From NCBI RefSeq assembly GCF_006345805.1, contig NC_043004.1, positions 7,812,001 to 7,876,000 of the forward strand: DNA of 64,000 nt. Reading direction: 5' to 3'. Origin of the DNA: Octopus sinensis (taxonomy: Eukaryota). Position numbers and translations under genes: made by a program. The number at the start of each line of letters is the position of its first letter. Position 1 is the first letter of the stretch. Under the pieces are notes generated by a model that searched no databases, was not told the DNA's origin, and was given only the letters and a program-made list of their open reading frames with translations. Below are positions 1 through 12,082 of this stretch, one piece after another.

Positions 1-444
1 ACTTGAAGTATTTCTGTCGAACGAATTGACCCCAGGACTTACTGTTTTAAAGCCTGGTACTTAGTCTATCGGTCTGTTTTAACGAACAACTACGTCATGG
101 ACACGTAAACACATGCCTATGAAATCCACTTATGGGGGACTGAACGCGGAACCATGTGGTTGTGAAGCAAACTTCTTACCACTGAGCCACACTTGCGTCT
201 GAAATTAATTTTCACGAAAATTTGTGCTTTTTAATGCTCTTTTCTACAAATACTTTTCTGATGGTGAAGATTACGATAGTGGCTTTGCACACACACATAC
301 TGACACATTTTTTTCAAAATTTCTTCGTTTTGCGTGTGTGTGTGCACATGCGATGTGGGATCTTTTCGGTTTGAACGTGAGTGTAGTGGGTGTTTTTAAC
401 GTGCCACCGGCACAGGGGCCAGAGCAATGCAATATTCTTGTAAT

Positions 445-1190
445 TCTAAGACGGTGATCTGGCAGAAATGTTAGCACGCTGGGTGAAATGCTTAGTATTT
501 CATCTGTCTTTACATTCTGAGTTCAAATTCTACCGAGGCCGACTTTGTCTTTCATCCTTTGGGGTCGATTAAATAAGTACTAATTACGCACTGGGATCGA
601 TGTAATCGACTTAATCCGTTTGTCTTCTCTGTGTTTAGCCCCTTGTGGGTAGTAAAGAAATAGGTATTTCGTCTGTCTTTATATTCTGAGTTCAAATTCC
701 GCCGAGGTCGACTTTGCCTTTCATCCTTTCGGGGGGCGATAAATTAAGTACCTGTTTCTTTACTACCCACAAGGGGCTAAACACAGAGGGAACAAACAAG
801 GACAGACAAAGGGATTAAGTCGATTACATCGACCCCAGTGTGCAACTGGTATTTATTTAATCGACCCTGAAAGGATGAAAGGCAAAGTCGACCTCGGCGG
901 AATTTGAACTCAGAACGTAACGGCAGACGAAATACGGCTACGCATTTCGCCCGGCGTGCTAACGATTACGCACTGGGGTCGATGTAATCGACTTAATCCG
1001 TGTGTCTGTCCTTGTTTGTGCTCTCTGTGTTTAGCCCCTTGTGGGTAGTAAAGCAATAGGTATTTCATCTGTCTTTACATTCTGAGTTCAAATTCCACTG
1101 AGGTCAATAAATTAAGTACCAGTCGATCTAATCAATTGGCCCTCACCCCAAAAATTCCAGGCCTTGTGCCTAGAGGAGAAAAGATTATTC
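445..1190. mobile_element. Cluster of tandem and inverted tRNA-derived SINE copies (family A)
   Basis: A-box TGGCAGAA and B-box GAGTTCAAATTCC, body TTTCATCCTTTCGGGGTCGATAAA, tail AGCCCCTTGTGGGTAGTAAAGAAA; copies on both strands. Other copies at ~1910-2290, 22980-23200, 24555-24790, 47015-47215, 58495-58720, 62540-62820. Confidence 0.85.
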
Positions 1191-2559
1191 TTATAATTCT
1201 GAAATTGTTCATGGACAGGATCAATGCAAACTGGAATGAATCATTAAAAAAATCTCATGAAAAATTAATTGACAATCTTAAACTCAATAAATATTAACAA
1301 CATTAAATGTGAAATGTCTTTTAAATGCACAGAAAGTGTGCATTGCCTATCAACTGTAGAAACTGTTAAATAGAATCATTGTTTAACGTCCGTTTTCCAT
1401 GCTAGCACAGGTTCGACGATTTGACCAGGGTCTGGGAAGCCAGGAGGCTGCACCAGGCTCCAGTCTGATCTGGCAGTGTTTCTACAGCTGGATGCCCTTC
1501 CTAATGCCAACCACTCTGTGAGTGTAGTGGATGCTTTTTACATGTCACTGGCACAGGTGCCAGGGGAGGCTGGCAGCACTCACAATCAGTTGGTGCTCTT
1601 TACGTGCCACCGGCACAGAAGGCAGTCAAGGTGGTGCTGGCATCGGCAATGAAAATGAGGGAAGTCAAAACTAAAGTCTTCCAGTTTTCTTTGCCTTCAC
1701 TTAAATGACTGAGATTGTACTGAAGACCTTTATGTTAAAAAAACAAAAAAATGTCATATTACAAGGAATTCCAAAGTGGCAAGGTTGCTAGTGTAATAGG
1801 ATTTCTTGTAGAATTGTTTCTAAAGATAGTATTAGGTTGTCAGGCAATCAATCATGACTGGTCTGTGGACATCTTATAAAAATTTACTTTTGTAATATGT
1901 CATAACATTAAGGCTGCGAGCTGGCAGAACCGTTAGCATGCTGGGCGAAATGCTCAGCGGTATTTTGTCTGCCGCTATGTTCTGAGTTCAAATTCAGCCA
2001 AGGTTGACTTTGCCTTTCATCCTTTCAAGGTCAATTAAGTAAGTACTAATTACGTACTGGGGTCGATATAATCGACCTAATCCGTTTGTCCTCTCTGTGT
2101 TTAGCCCCTTGTGGGTAGTAAAGAAATAGGTATTTCGTCTGCCGATACGTTCTCAGTTCAAATTCCGCTGAGGTTGACTCTGCTTTTCATCCTTTCGGGG
2201 TTGATAAATTAAATACCAGTTGCATACTGGGGTTGATCTAATTGACTGCCCCCCACCCCCCAATTTCAGGCCTTGTGCCTAGAGTAGAAAAGAATATGTT
2301 GTAACGTTATTTTCCCAGGGAACCCATTTTTGCTCTTGCATTCCAACGGAGGTGGGGAGGGATGAAGTATGTGCTAATTTCGCTCACTGATGATAACAAC
2401 AGCTGAGAAGCGTCATAGTTCGAAGAGGGATGGGTGTCACGGGAATGAGATGGGCCAGGGCCTAGCATGTATAGGCATAAACAAAATGCCCATTGGACTT
2501 CATTTTCATAACAGTTGGATTTTTCCTGAGCACAGCGAATTGCCAATCATCTCCTCTGT

Positions 2560-3030
2560 GAGGCACAGCATCTTTAGATCAGCTTTTACTACCTTGTCCT
2601 ATTCTCTTCCTGGGTTTCCCACTTTCATAAGTGTCATCCACTTCAAGTAACTGCTACTTCTTTATACAACTGTCCTCATCACACTCTTCTCTCTTGCACA
2701 TTACATCTGATTCCTCTTAGGCATAATTTTCTTTCAACACATTTGTACTCTATTTGTTCTACACTAACATTGCACATCCAATGGAGTAAACCAACTTCAT
2801 TGGTCCTCTGCATTCATGGGCCCATATCTCACAACCATGTAGCATTGCTGTTTGTACACAAGCATCATACAATCTGCTTTTCACTCTAGGAGAGAAAGAG
2901 AGACCTTTTGTTGCCAACAGAGATAATAGTCCTGCAAACTTTCTTCATCATATTCTTATTCTAGCAACCATACTCTCAGTATATCCCCCTCCACTGCAAA
3001 TTAGGCCATCTAGATAACAGAAATTATTTG
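2560..3030 (-). mobile_element. Degenerate RTE LINE fragment (RT C-terminal region)
   Basis: Minus strand homologous to the ARIRI.W..F..LLPL segment seen at 7660-8070 and 45000-45420. Confidence 0.7.
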
Positions 3031-3202
3031 TGTGTGTCCTACTACAAACTGTGATGGCTTCAGCCATACAAAGCTTATAAAATTTACAACTAAAGCACAA
3101 AAACCAAAACGAAGTCCAAAACACGTTCCGTATTCACATGACACAGATCTACAATTGTCCTCACAACAATGACATTTTAGTAACATAAATGTGATTTCAT
3201 CA

Positions 3203-3531
3203 TCTCTCTATATATAAACGGCAGTTTGTCTGTGCGTGTTTCTGTGTGTCTGTTTGCTTGTACCCTCACCCTGACCACAGCTTTCAACCGATTCTGATGA
3301 AACTTGACACACAGATAGCCCAATGTCATAATTCAAAACTAACGCAGCGAAAATTTTGAAAAGTTCCCCCAGTTCTGAAAAAAATCGATAAATTCGACAT
3401 GGGGTCGAGAATCAGAAACACAAACCGGATAATTTACCATCATTTTTTTCCATTTTTTTGCTATAACTCTCTAAAAATGCTTTATAGTTATTTCCCTTAC
3501 AAACCCGAGCAACGCCGGGCGATACTGCTAG
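3203..3531 (+). mobile_element. Non-autonomous Helitron-like element
   Basis: Inserted between A and T; 5' TC(TCTCTATATATAAA); 3' hairpin CCCGAGCAACGCCGGG 8 nt before the terminal CTAG. Confidence 0.8.
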
Positions 3532-4039
3532 TAATGTAATAACTGAACCTGTTTGGGTAACAAAAGATCAAATTCATTCCACTTGTTAATGAATCACCTT
3601 TTATTCAGCAAAGTTGAGACATTTGTATGAATGTACTCACTGTATGGGTTGTAGTAGTAGTAGTAATGTTGTTGATGTGGTTAAAGAAAGGTTTCACTAG
3701 AACACTACTCCTACTATGAGCGTAATCAAATTTGCCGAGTTGAAAATATTCATTCTCTCTCCTTAATGGTTAGGATGTTGCGTTCATCATCACAAAATGG
3801 TTTTGATTCCCAACACTGGGTGGTGCATTGAGTTGTTGAGCAAAACCCTTCATTTAAGCATTGTTCCAGTTCACTCAACTGTGACTGACTGGTGTCCCTT
3901 TCAGAGGGGTAAATGTTGTGATCTCGGTCACTTTTACACCACGGCAACTGGTCCAGTCTTACTCATGATAGAACTTACTGCTCTCTTGGTACTGTCTCCA
4001 CGCCATATACTGCTGATGCTGACTATTCAACATACATCT

Positions 4040-4765
4040 GAATGTGGTCAATGCCAGTGGCACCTGATGGGACCCCATGCCAGTGGAGCATAAAAAACAT
4101 CATTCGAGTGTGGTCGATGCCAGTGCCTCCTGACTGACCCCCGTGCCAGTAGCATGATACCAGTTCCACCTGACTGGCTTCCATGCTGATGACACGTAAA
4201 AAGCAGCATTTCAGTGTGGTTGATGCCAGTGCCCCCTATGCTGGTGGCACATAAAAAGCATGATGCTAGTGCCTCCTGACTGGCATGTAAGAAGCACCAT
4301 TCAAGTGTGGTCAATGCCAGTGACCCCTGACTGGATCCCGTGCTGGTGGCACATAAAAAGCACCATTCGAGTATGGTCATTGCCAGTGCCCCCTGTACTG
4401 ATAGCACATAAAAGGCACCATTCAAGTGTGGCCATTGCCAGTGCTCCATGACTGGTTCCTGTTCCGGGGGCACATAAAAGGCACCATTCGAGTGTGGTCA
4501 GTGCCAGTGCCTCCTGATTCACCCGTGCTGGTGGCACATAAAAAGCACCATTCGAGCATGGTCAATGCCAGTGCCCTCAGATTGGCTCCCATGCTCGTGG
4601 CATGTAAAAAGCACCCACTACACTCTCGGGGTGGTTGGCATTAGGAACGGCATCCAGTTGTAGAAACATTGCCAGATCAGACTGAAGTGTGGTGCAGCCT
4701 CCTGGCATGTCAAACTGTCCAACCCATGCCAGCATGGAAAGCAGATGTTAAACGATGATGATGAT
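4040..4765 (+). mobile_element. RTE LINE 3' end with ~8-10-unit minisatellite and (GAT)n tail
   Basis: 55-66-nt units GGCACATAAAAAGCACCATTCGAGTGTGGTCAATGCCAGTGCC, then the conserved tail GCATGGAAAGC...TTAAACGATGATGAT. More than 25 related tails occur across the window, e.g. 1372-1650, 6645-7195, 23966-24310, 25465-25740, 29939-30188, 30906-31365, 32070-32348, 44082-44880, 45686-46230, 49600-50282, 52075-52395, 53574-53850, 54425-54980, 61480-61975. Confidence 0.85.
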
Positions 4766-4837
4766 TAGCTGATTATGATAAGTGTATTCTATAGTGATGT
4801 CGATTAAATGACATCCAGTAGAGGGACCAGCTGTCCG

Positions 4838-5580
4838 AATAGACAGCTCCCTAGTAGTTAAAACAATTAAGGGTATGTGAAGCCAGGAAAAGCCCCCGGC
4901 CCATCAGGAATCACTGCTGAGATGCTTAAAACATCTGGTGGTGTGGGCTATGGCCTAGTCACCCCCATTGTAAATCAGGTAGTTCATGATGGAGTCATAC
5001 CCAACGACTGGCATAGCAGCACCATAGCCAACTGCTACAAGGGTAAAGGTGATGCTCTAGATAGAAATAACTACAGGGGTATTAAACTGCTGGATCAGGT
5101 GATGAAGGTCATAGTCTATCTCATTAGGGAGAGAGCCTGCTTAGATGAGATGCAGTTCGGTTTTGTTCCGGGTAGAAGCACCACTGATGCCATATTCCTG
5201 GTTTGACAACTGCAAGAGAAATACCTAGCTAAAGAAAAACCCCTCTACTAAGCTTTCTTGTACTTGGAGAAAGCCTTTGACAGGGTCCTCCAATCCCTTA
5301 TCTGGTGGGCAATGCAGAAACTGGAGATTGACAAATGGCTAATAAGGGCTGTAGATGCCCTATACAGAGAGGCCGTTAGTAAGGTTAGGATTGGCAACGA
5401 ATATAGTGAAGAATTCCGGGTAGAAGTAGGGGTCCACCAAGGTTCAGCCCTCAGTCCCATTTTATTCATCGTAGTCCTCCAGGCAATAATAGAATTCAAG
5501 ACGGGTTGCGGGTGGGAGCTCCTCTACCAGAACTAGAAAAGAAATTTCGGGCGTGGAAGCTAGGTTTAGAATCAAAGAGC
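4838..5580 (+). mobile_element. RTE LINE reverse transcriptase fragment (frameshifted, with stops)
   Basis: ORFs 4877-5206 and 5258-5536: KAPGPSGITAEMLK, YRGIKLL, QFGFVPGRSTTDAIF, GVHQGSALSP. Confidence 0.92.
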
Positions 5581-6317
5581 CTTGTGAGAGTGGATTTCAA
5601 AGTACAGAAACTGAAGGAAGCCATGGTGTGTGTGTGTTACTGTCTCCTTGTCTTGGCATCATGTGATGGTTGTTTAGATGTGCTGTGGCAGAACCATCTA
5701 AATAACAGCTCCACTCAGAAGATATTGCTTTGTCAAGAAAGAACACCGTGTGCATTGAACATCTGAGAACCAAGTTGCAGTTTTTTTACTCACGACTCTC
5801 AGATATGTACAAGTAGAATAAGTTATACAAAACATTTACAAGTGAAGACCTTGTTCATCTTTTGTTGAATCCAAGTCAGGGTGGCTTAATGTCTATTTGC
5901 TGTTGCTTGTCCCATGGTTGTGCATCTCTCCAACGTGAGATTAAGAACTGAGGCAGTCATGTCTTGCTCCTGTCAGCCACAGTGGAAAAGAGAAGTCCCG
6001 GAATTCCAAAGTTACAAGCTACTCCACCTAGCTGCAAGCTACTGAGACAGCTACCGTCAGGGGAGGTAACTGCACCTACAGTTGTAAACCAATATCACTG
6101 TTTGGTCAAGGGGAAATGTTACCTTATTTGGAAACAGGTGAAAGTTCATTATAGAAAATTTGCTGTAACAAATTCCATTTGAGAAAAGAAAAAGGGGACA
6201 TTAAAGCAATCATGAACTTTATGTATGAATGAGTCAGAAGTTTCTTTAGCAAACTACCCAACCCTTAAATGTTGTGTACTCTTACTTTTTTTTTTTGATA
6301 TGTCTGGCTGAATTCAA

Positions 6318-6378
6318 AGTAGGACAACGCTGTGCTGATGATACTCTTTGAAGCAGAAACATGTACACAAGTCTTATT
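6318..6378 (+). ncRNA. Type I hammerhead ribozyme motif
   Basis: Stem I TGTG/CACA plus AGTAGGAC/GTCTTATT; core CTGATGA (6335-6341); stem II TACT/AGCA (one mismatch); GAAA; palindromic stem III ACATGT; cleavage triplet GUA. Confidence 0.7.
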
Positions 6379-7199
6379 ATCTCCAGAAAATCAAAGCAAT
6401 GGTATATTCATTCAAAAGATTAATTGTTGATTACTAGAGATTATCTCTCCTTCTTAGTTGTACCTGCAGCTGGGGGTTTGCATACCTTCTCTTGAAGCAT
6501 TATTTCAATAAATCAAGATTCTATCTTGTCAGATGTTTATTACCCCTTTCTTCATCTCTCTTATCTAAATCGAAGACACTGGCCATTCTATTTTTCATAG
6601 TTAATTTTTGCTGTGTGTGTGTGTGTGTGTGTATATATAAATATGCTGTGCTTGAGAAGACCTGGCAAGCCAAGTGAGACCGTAACCTCGTGGCCTATGC
6701 CAGGGGTGTAACCAGCCCACTTATGCGTACCTTTCCTTCATTGGACACTAAACTCTGCTTGTGAAGACCTGTAAGTGAAATCGAAATCAAATTTGATGAT
6801 TGGTATCCGTGCTAGTTGAGCGCTAAGAGCACCATCCGAGCGTAATCGTTCCCAGAGCAGCAAACTGGCTTCCGTGCCAGTAAAGAGTACCATTTGAGCG
6901 TGATTGTTACTAGTGTCACCTTACTGGCACATGAAAAAACATTCAAGCGAGGTCATTGCCAGTGCTGCTGGACTAACTTCTGTGCAGGTGGCATGTAAAA
7001 ATCACCATTTGAGCGTGGCCATTGCCAGCACCCACTACGTTCTCGGAGTGGTTGACATTAGGAAGGGCGTCCAGCTGTAGAAACCCTGCCAGATCAGATT
7101 GGAGCCTGGTGCAGCCATCTGGTTTGCCAGTCCTCAGTCAAATCGTCCAACCCATGCTAGCATGGAAAGCGGATGTTAAACGATGATGATGATATATAC

Positions 7200-7560
7200 A
7201 TTAGATTGACAAGTAATTTTAGTCTGAAAGAAGTCTTTTTTTCCTTCATACAAAGAATGAACTTTAATCAATTACATTTTTTCCACTTTTCTGGGAGCTT
7301 CATGATTCTGCACTCATAGAACTTCTGGTCCTTAGCCAAAAACTGAAGCAAGTGTGATTTCAGGTGATCATCATTGAAAGTTTTACTATTCAAAGAATTT
7401 TTCAAACTCCGAAATAAATGGTAATCTGATGTTGCAAGGCCAGAGTTATGGTGGATGTGAAATCACTTCTGAACCAAGCTCCTATAATTCTTGTGATCAG
7501 CTTTCATTTGCCTTCACGGCCACCAAGAAGGCAATTGTACAATTTTATTCTGAGAAGATA
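7200..7560 (-). mobile_element. Mariner (DD34D) transposase C-terminal relic
   Basis: Minus strand translates, with frameshifts, to HPP..PDLA.SDYHLFRSLKNSLNSKTF...KLPEKW; degenerate TIR ATTAGATTGACAAGTAA at ~7200. Confidence 0.7.
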
Positions 7561-7639
7561 GTTTTTGTGTGTGGCAGAGCACAGGGGCAATAAACACCAA
7601 AAATGTACAGAAAATAGATTCCATTACATGCCAGGGGGA

Positions 7640-8290
7640 GAAATGAAAAGTAGTCGATAGCTTCTGTTACCTAAGTGACCAAGTCTGCAGTGAGTGTGGA
7701 TGCTCAGAGAGCGTTGCCACTAGAATAAGAATAGCCTGGGCAAAGTTTAAAAAGCTCCTACCTCTGCTGGTAATAAAGGGCCTTTCATTCAGAGTGAAAG
7801 GTAGACTGTATGATGCATGTGTGTAAACAATTATGCTACAAGGCAGTGAAACATGGGTCATGACTGCTGAGGATATGCATAGGCCTGGAAGAAATGAAGC
7901 TAGTAAGATTTGCTGGATGTGTAATGTCAGTGTGCATACACGACAGAGTGTAAGCTCTCTCAGAGAAAAGTTGGACATAAGAAGCATCAGATGTAGTGTG
8001 CAAGAGAGATGATTGCATATTGATGAGGACAGCTGTTAAATATCACACCCTAACAGTGGAGAGAACCTGTGGAAGAGGTAGTGAAGTACGATCATCAAAC
8101 GTTGGGCCTCACAGAGGCAATGGCAGGAGACCGAGACCTTTGGAAATATGCTTTGATTGAGAAGACCCAACAAGTGACATTGCAGCTGTGGCCAATACCA
8201 CAGTTGCATAACCAGCCCATATAAAAGTACCCTTGAATCGCCAGGCAACATGCTGTGCATGAGAAGACCTGTTTGAATCAAGTGAAATTG
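7640..8290 (+). mobile_element. RTE LINE fragment (RT C-terminus to 3' UTR)
   Basis: SVATRIRIAWAKFKKLLPLLVIKGL..RVKGRLYDACV; continues the sequence where the 40360-41427 ORF ends. Confidence 0.85.
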
Positions 8291-9940
8291 TGGTCACGGC
8301 TGGCTCCCTGTGCCAGCAGCACATAAAAAGCACCATCCAAATGTGGTCGATGCCCACTGACTGGCAGTTACAACAATGCAATACTACACTTCATACAATT
8401 TATTCTTCTCTCAAAGTGAGAACCCCAGCTGGCTCTTCACCTCTTACTACCAATGAGGTCACCTAAGAAGAGTTACCAACTGTTTCTATGGAACTTCTGA
8501 GCAACTGGTAGCTCTCTTTGTACAAGTGCCTCATGAATTTGTGAACGTCCTGCATTTACATTCAGGCACACTCCATGGATTTATCTACCCCACTTCTGCA
8601 TATCAATCCATTTCACTGATGGTAGCAAGTCTTGTTATACTAAATAAAACATTTCAACTTCAGTCCCATTGCATCTAACCCTACGACCAATATATTATCA
8701 GCAGAATCATCATTTAACATCTGTTGCTCATGGATAGTTTTGAGTCATCTCTATTTGAAGTTTTGCTCCCACATTTGGAAATACTTCTCAAAATCTTCGA
8801 TTCAACAATCATCAGCATGCAGTTCACAGACAACCAATCTTAAGATTCTTCAGTTATGATTATAATAGATATCTACTGAGTATCAAAATGCTGATTGCCC
8901 TGTACATGTTGTAGGTCACATAGAACTTGTTCATCTTTGAGCATAGTTAACACAGTTCTTAAATAATTCATCCAATTTTCTTAAAAGCAACCAGATAGTA
9001 GAGGACAGTGCTGTCACCAAACAGTAGGCAGCACGTATTTATCTCGTCCAAGAACATCTGTCTAAGAGACACATTTGGGGTTTCATTCATTAGAAACCAG
9101 TTAAGTTACATGTGAAGTAACTTAAACTTATCTCAGTTATTCCACTCTTTTCCATCTCAACAATGTAGCTGGGTCAAAGGATAAAGAAATCCAAGATGCT
9201 ACATTAATGCCATAAAGCTAACTAATACAAAACTAAAACATGAAAAGCTTAAAGAACATAGAATGATCTCTTGAACCCAAGTTCCAATGGAAAAGCATTT
9301 TCAGATAAACCAAATTAATGTTCTGAACTATGATTCAACCTGTGGATAAAACTATAAAGCAAAAAGAAAAGGTGCTGCTTCCATGCTAAGACCATTCTGC
9401 TGCTGTAGAATTATATTCCAAAAAGATACTTGCATATTTTCAAAGTGCAGAGAATCAGTTTTCCTTCCTAATGAAAAACACAAACTTCTGTAAAACCAGG
9501 TTCCGGTGGGAGCTGGATGCTTTTTACATTGCACTGGCACCAGACTCTTGAAGACCAGTCATCTTCGCCAGGGGATGAGAGAGATGTTCTTGCTTAATTG
9601 CCATCATCGCAATTCTTCTCACTCAGCAGTGAGAAAGAATGAAATAAATGTAAACAATGCAAAGAAAGGGTTGGGTGGGAAGAGAAGAGTCAATATGTCT
9701 GGTACCAGTGAGGATCTCTTGCATCAAGTACACCTTAACAAAAGTAATAACAGGTAAGACATGCAAAATGTGACCCATGACCCAGTTAGGAATCGAGTAA
9801 CTCTCAACAAGAGTCAATAACAACCCATCAACCCCAAATCAACTATAAAAAGCCAATGCACATCAGTTATTTTTTCGGCAAATTAACGCATTAATGGGCT
9901 AAGCAAGTAACAAACAACAACACAAGAATAAAATTCACCC

Positions 9941-9946
9941 TTTATT
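9941..9946 (-). terminator. Polyadenylation signal of RPS20
   Basis: AATAAA on the minus strand 16 nt after the stop codon, followed by a GU/U-rich tract. Confidence 0.75.
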
Positions 9947-9962
9947 GCAAAATGTCCATGAT

Positions 9963-10019
9963 TTATGCATCTGCAATTGTAACTTCAACTTCAACACCAG
10001 GTTCAATGCTGATAGATGT
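9963..10019 (-). CDS. RPS20: RPS20 coding exon 4 (TSISIEPGVEVEVTIADA*)
   Basis: ttcag acceptor, conserved RPS20 C-terminus, TAA stop; AATAAA follows on the minus strand (9941-9946). Confidence 0.98.
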   Translation of the reverse strand, partial: TSISIEPGVEVEVTIADA

Positions 10020-10873
10020 CTGAAAGATCTTGTTAAGGAAAACCATTATACACAGAAAAGAACAGCAAAAACTCTCTTGATGACAGTAAACCTAGGCTCA
10101 CTTTATCTAATATGTCCCTGAAAGGACACCAGGGTAGCTTGGAGGAAGATTTCACAACTAGTAAGCCAAGCGGGCACATAAAAGGCTCCTTTGCACCAGT
10201 AATTAGCCTAATGTAGCTGCCATCACAGCCAATTTTTGAAGTTGACATTAGAAATAAGATCAAAAAACACTCTTGCAAATTGCACAAACTATTCTAATGA
10301 AATAAATCAATATTAATTAACCGACCAAAACCTTTGTGAGTGGATTTGGTAGACCTGACAAAACAAGTACCTGCAATTAACAAAAAAATTAAGTGCAATG
10401 GTCAATCATTCAACTAAAAACTTCAAAGCAGCATCCCAGCCTAATGAGTGAAACAATGTCACAAAATGATTCTGAGAGATGTGAAAGCTAAAAGCAATTC
10501 TATCAAGCTTTTTCATGAGCAAAAGTGACAGGCAGACTGGGATTGAAGCATTCTCACATACAAGGAGAATTAAAATTGTCAGTAACTGAGAGACAGACGT
10601 GTATAGTATTGTACGAGAAAGGAATAGACACACCTAGAGATCACAATATATTACCAAAGCACAAAGATGGCCAGTGTGAAGCTTACCAAAACTGTCTAAT
10701 TTCACAACATGGCTCTATGCTTGGTAAAACATCACTACAAGGGATGGAGGGAGAGAGAAAGAAAAATTGATAACTTATTTACTATTTACATACATCAAGG
10801 CCAATACAATGTACTAAAATCAATGACTCAATATGTCAGAAACAATAAAATTGTGCTGCCATCAACTAAAGTA

Positions 10874-10976
10874 AGTTGTAAAAACAACCACTGTTTAGTG
10901 ATAGCAAGTTTATATTTGCACCGTATACCACTAAATACTAATTATTAGTACACAGCCGGCTTAGTTAGTGCAGTGA
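10874..10976 (-). ncRNA. Candidate box H/ACA snoRNA, copy A (RPS20 intron 3)
   Basis: 98/101 identity to 12610-12710; 5' hairpin TGCAC/GTGCA with internal pocket; H box ATATAA; ACA 3 nt from the predicted 3' end; sense to the host gene. Confidence 0.65.
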
Positions 10977-11105
10977 TGATTATTGAGTACTTTCTATTTA
11001 AACATTTGCTCCTCATCCCCTTTACCTTGTATGAATAGGAATTTGACGTTCACACCACAACCCAATGTAAATCACAGACACCCAACAATAACTGGCATTC
11101 TTTTG

Positions 11106-11457
11106 TTTTGAATCGAAAAATCATAACATAGAACTTGGTAATTTCCGTGAACACGTGTTATCTTGTTAACTGTTAGTTGACATATTGAAATGGAAAGAGA
11201 AAGCTAATGGGTGCCTGTTTCTGCGTGTGTGCATGCACGTCTATTTCTGTGTTTGAGCGCGCTCTTTTCTTCAAGTTTAAAACACAACATTATCAGTGTA
11301 ATTTCGTTATATCTACACTTCACAACACAGAGGGACAAACACGCATGCACAACCCATTAGCTTTCGCTTTCCATTTCGATACATCAACTGACACATAACA
11401 AGGCAACATGTGCTCATGGAAATTACTGAGTTTTGTTATGATTTTTCAAGTCAAAAC
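11106..11457. mobile_element. Foldback MITE with ~105-bp imperfect terminal inverted repeats (RPS20 intron 3)
   Basis: 11106-11212 pairs with 11352-11457; interior related to the foldback at 16302-16580. Confidence 0.75.
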
Positions 11458-11532
11458 GGAAGAATTCCCAATAATTTAAACCCTTTCACTCCACCAAACA
11501 CTGTTTATAAAACAAAAATACAAAAAGGATAC

Positions 11533-11732
11533 AATCTGTTTTACTATCTCTGATGGACTGTGTAGATCAATAATTCTTTTGTGAATTCTCATCTGGTACC
11601 TGTCCCATGTTTTGGATCCTTCTCCACAAGGGGTCTTTCTTGTAGTGATACGGAGAATCTTAGTAGGCATACGAACAGGACCCTTAACTTTTAGTTGTTT
11701 CTCTTTGGCTCCTCTGATCAGATCAGCACACA
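11533..11732 (-). CDS. RPS20: RPS20 coding exon 3 ([25 protein letters not shown]...[10 protein letters not shown])
   Basis: cttag acceptor, 200 nt, phase consistent with exon 2; near-identical to known RPS20; ends at a GTATCCTTT donor. Confidence 0.98.
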
Positions 11733-11979
11733 CTAAGTTGAAAGAAAAGGTATTTAAAAACATTAACCACCAGGCAACATATTTGATCCAGCAAATCAGA
11801 ATTATGCATATACATCCTCTTTACAGATGACAAAATGTCAATAAACAATTAAACACAAATTCCATCAAAAAACAGAAATCACCTTCAGGCCGTGCTCACT
11901 TTGCATTGTCGTACAATATATTTCTGCTAATATATTCCAATAGGCACCCCCCCCAATCTTAATTTACAGAAATACTCAC

Positions 11980-12082
11980 CCTTTTCTAAGCTTTTTACAT
12001 TCCTACTCGTCAAGGTGATGCGGATTCTGTGAACTGGAACATCTTCAACTGGAGCCTTACCAGTGTCTTTAGCGCAATGAGC
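11980..12082 (-). CDS. RPS20: RPS20 coding exon 2 ([34 protein letters not shown]+G)
   Basis: ttcag acceptor, gtgagt donor, 103 nt; translation matches the uS10 N-terminus ([17 protein letters not shown]). Confidence 0.97.

Larger units (their letters stand above)
10020..11532 (-). other. RPS20: U12-type (minor spliceosome) GT-AG intron, RPS20 intron 3
   Basis: 5' splice site GTATCCTTT (11532-11524); branch site TTCCTTAAC (10040-10032) about 12 nt before the cag acceptor. Confidence 0.92.

Noticed and set aside
4040-4620. CRISPR-like repeat array
   Set aside because: The 'spacers' are themselves homologous, units are degenerate, the array is part of a retroposon 3' UTR, and the context is eukaryotic with no cas genes.
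8420-8900. FTDGSK motif suggesting an RNase H of an I-clade LINE
   Set aside because: A single short motif in heavily decayed sequence; no supporting RT motifs could be read.
11476-11763. 95-aa ORF as a standalone protein
   Set aside because: It is RPS20 exon 3 with read-through into flanking introns.
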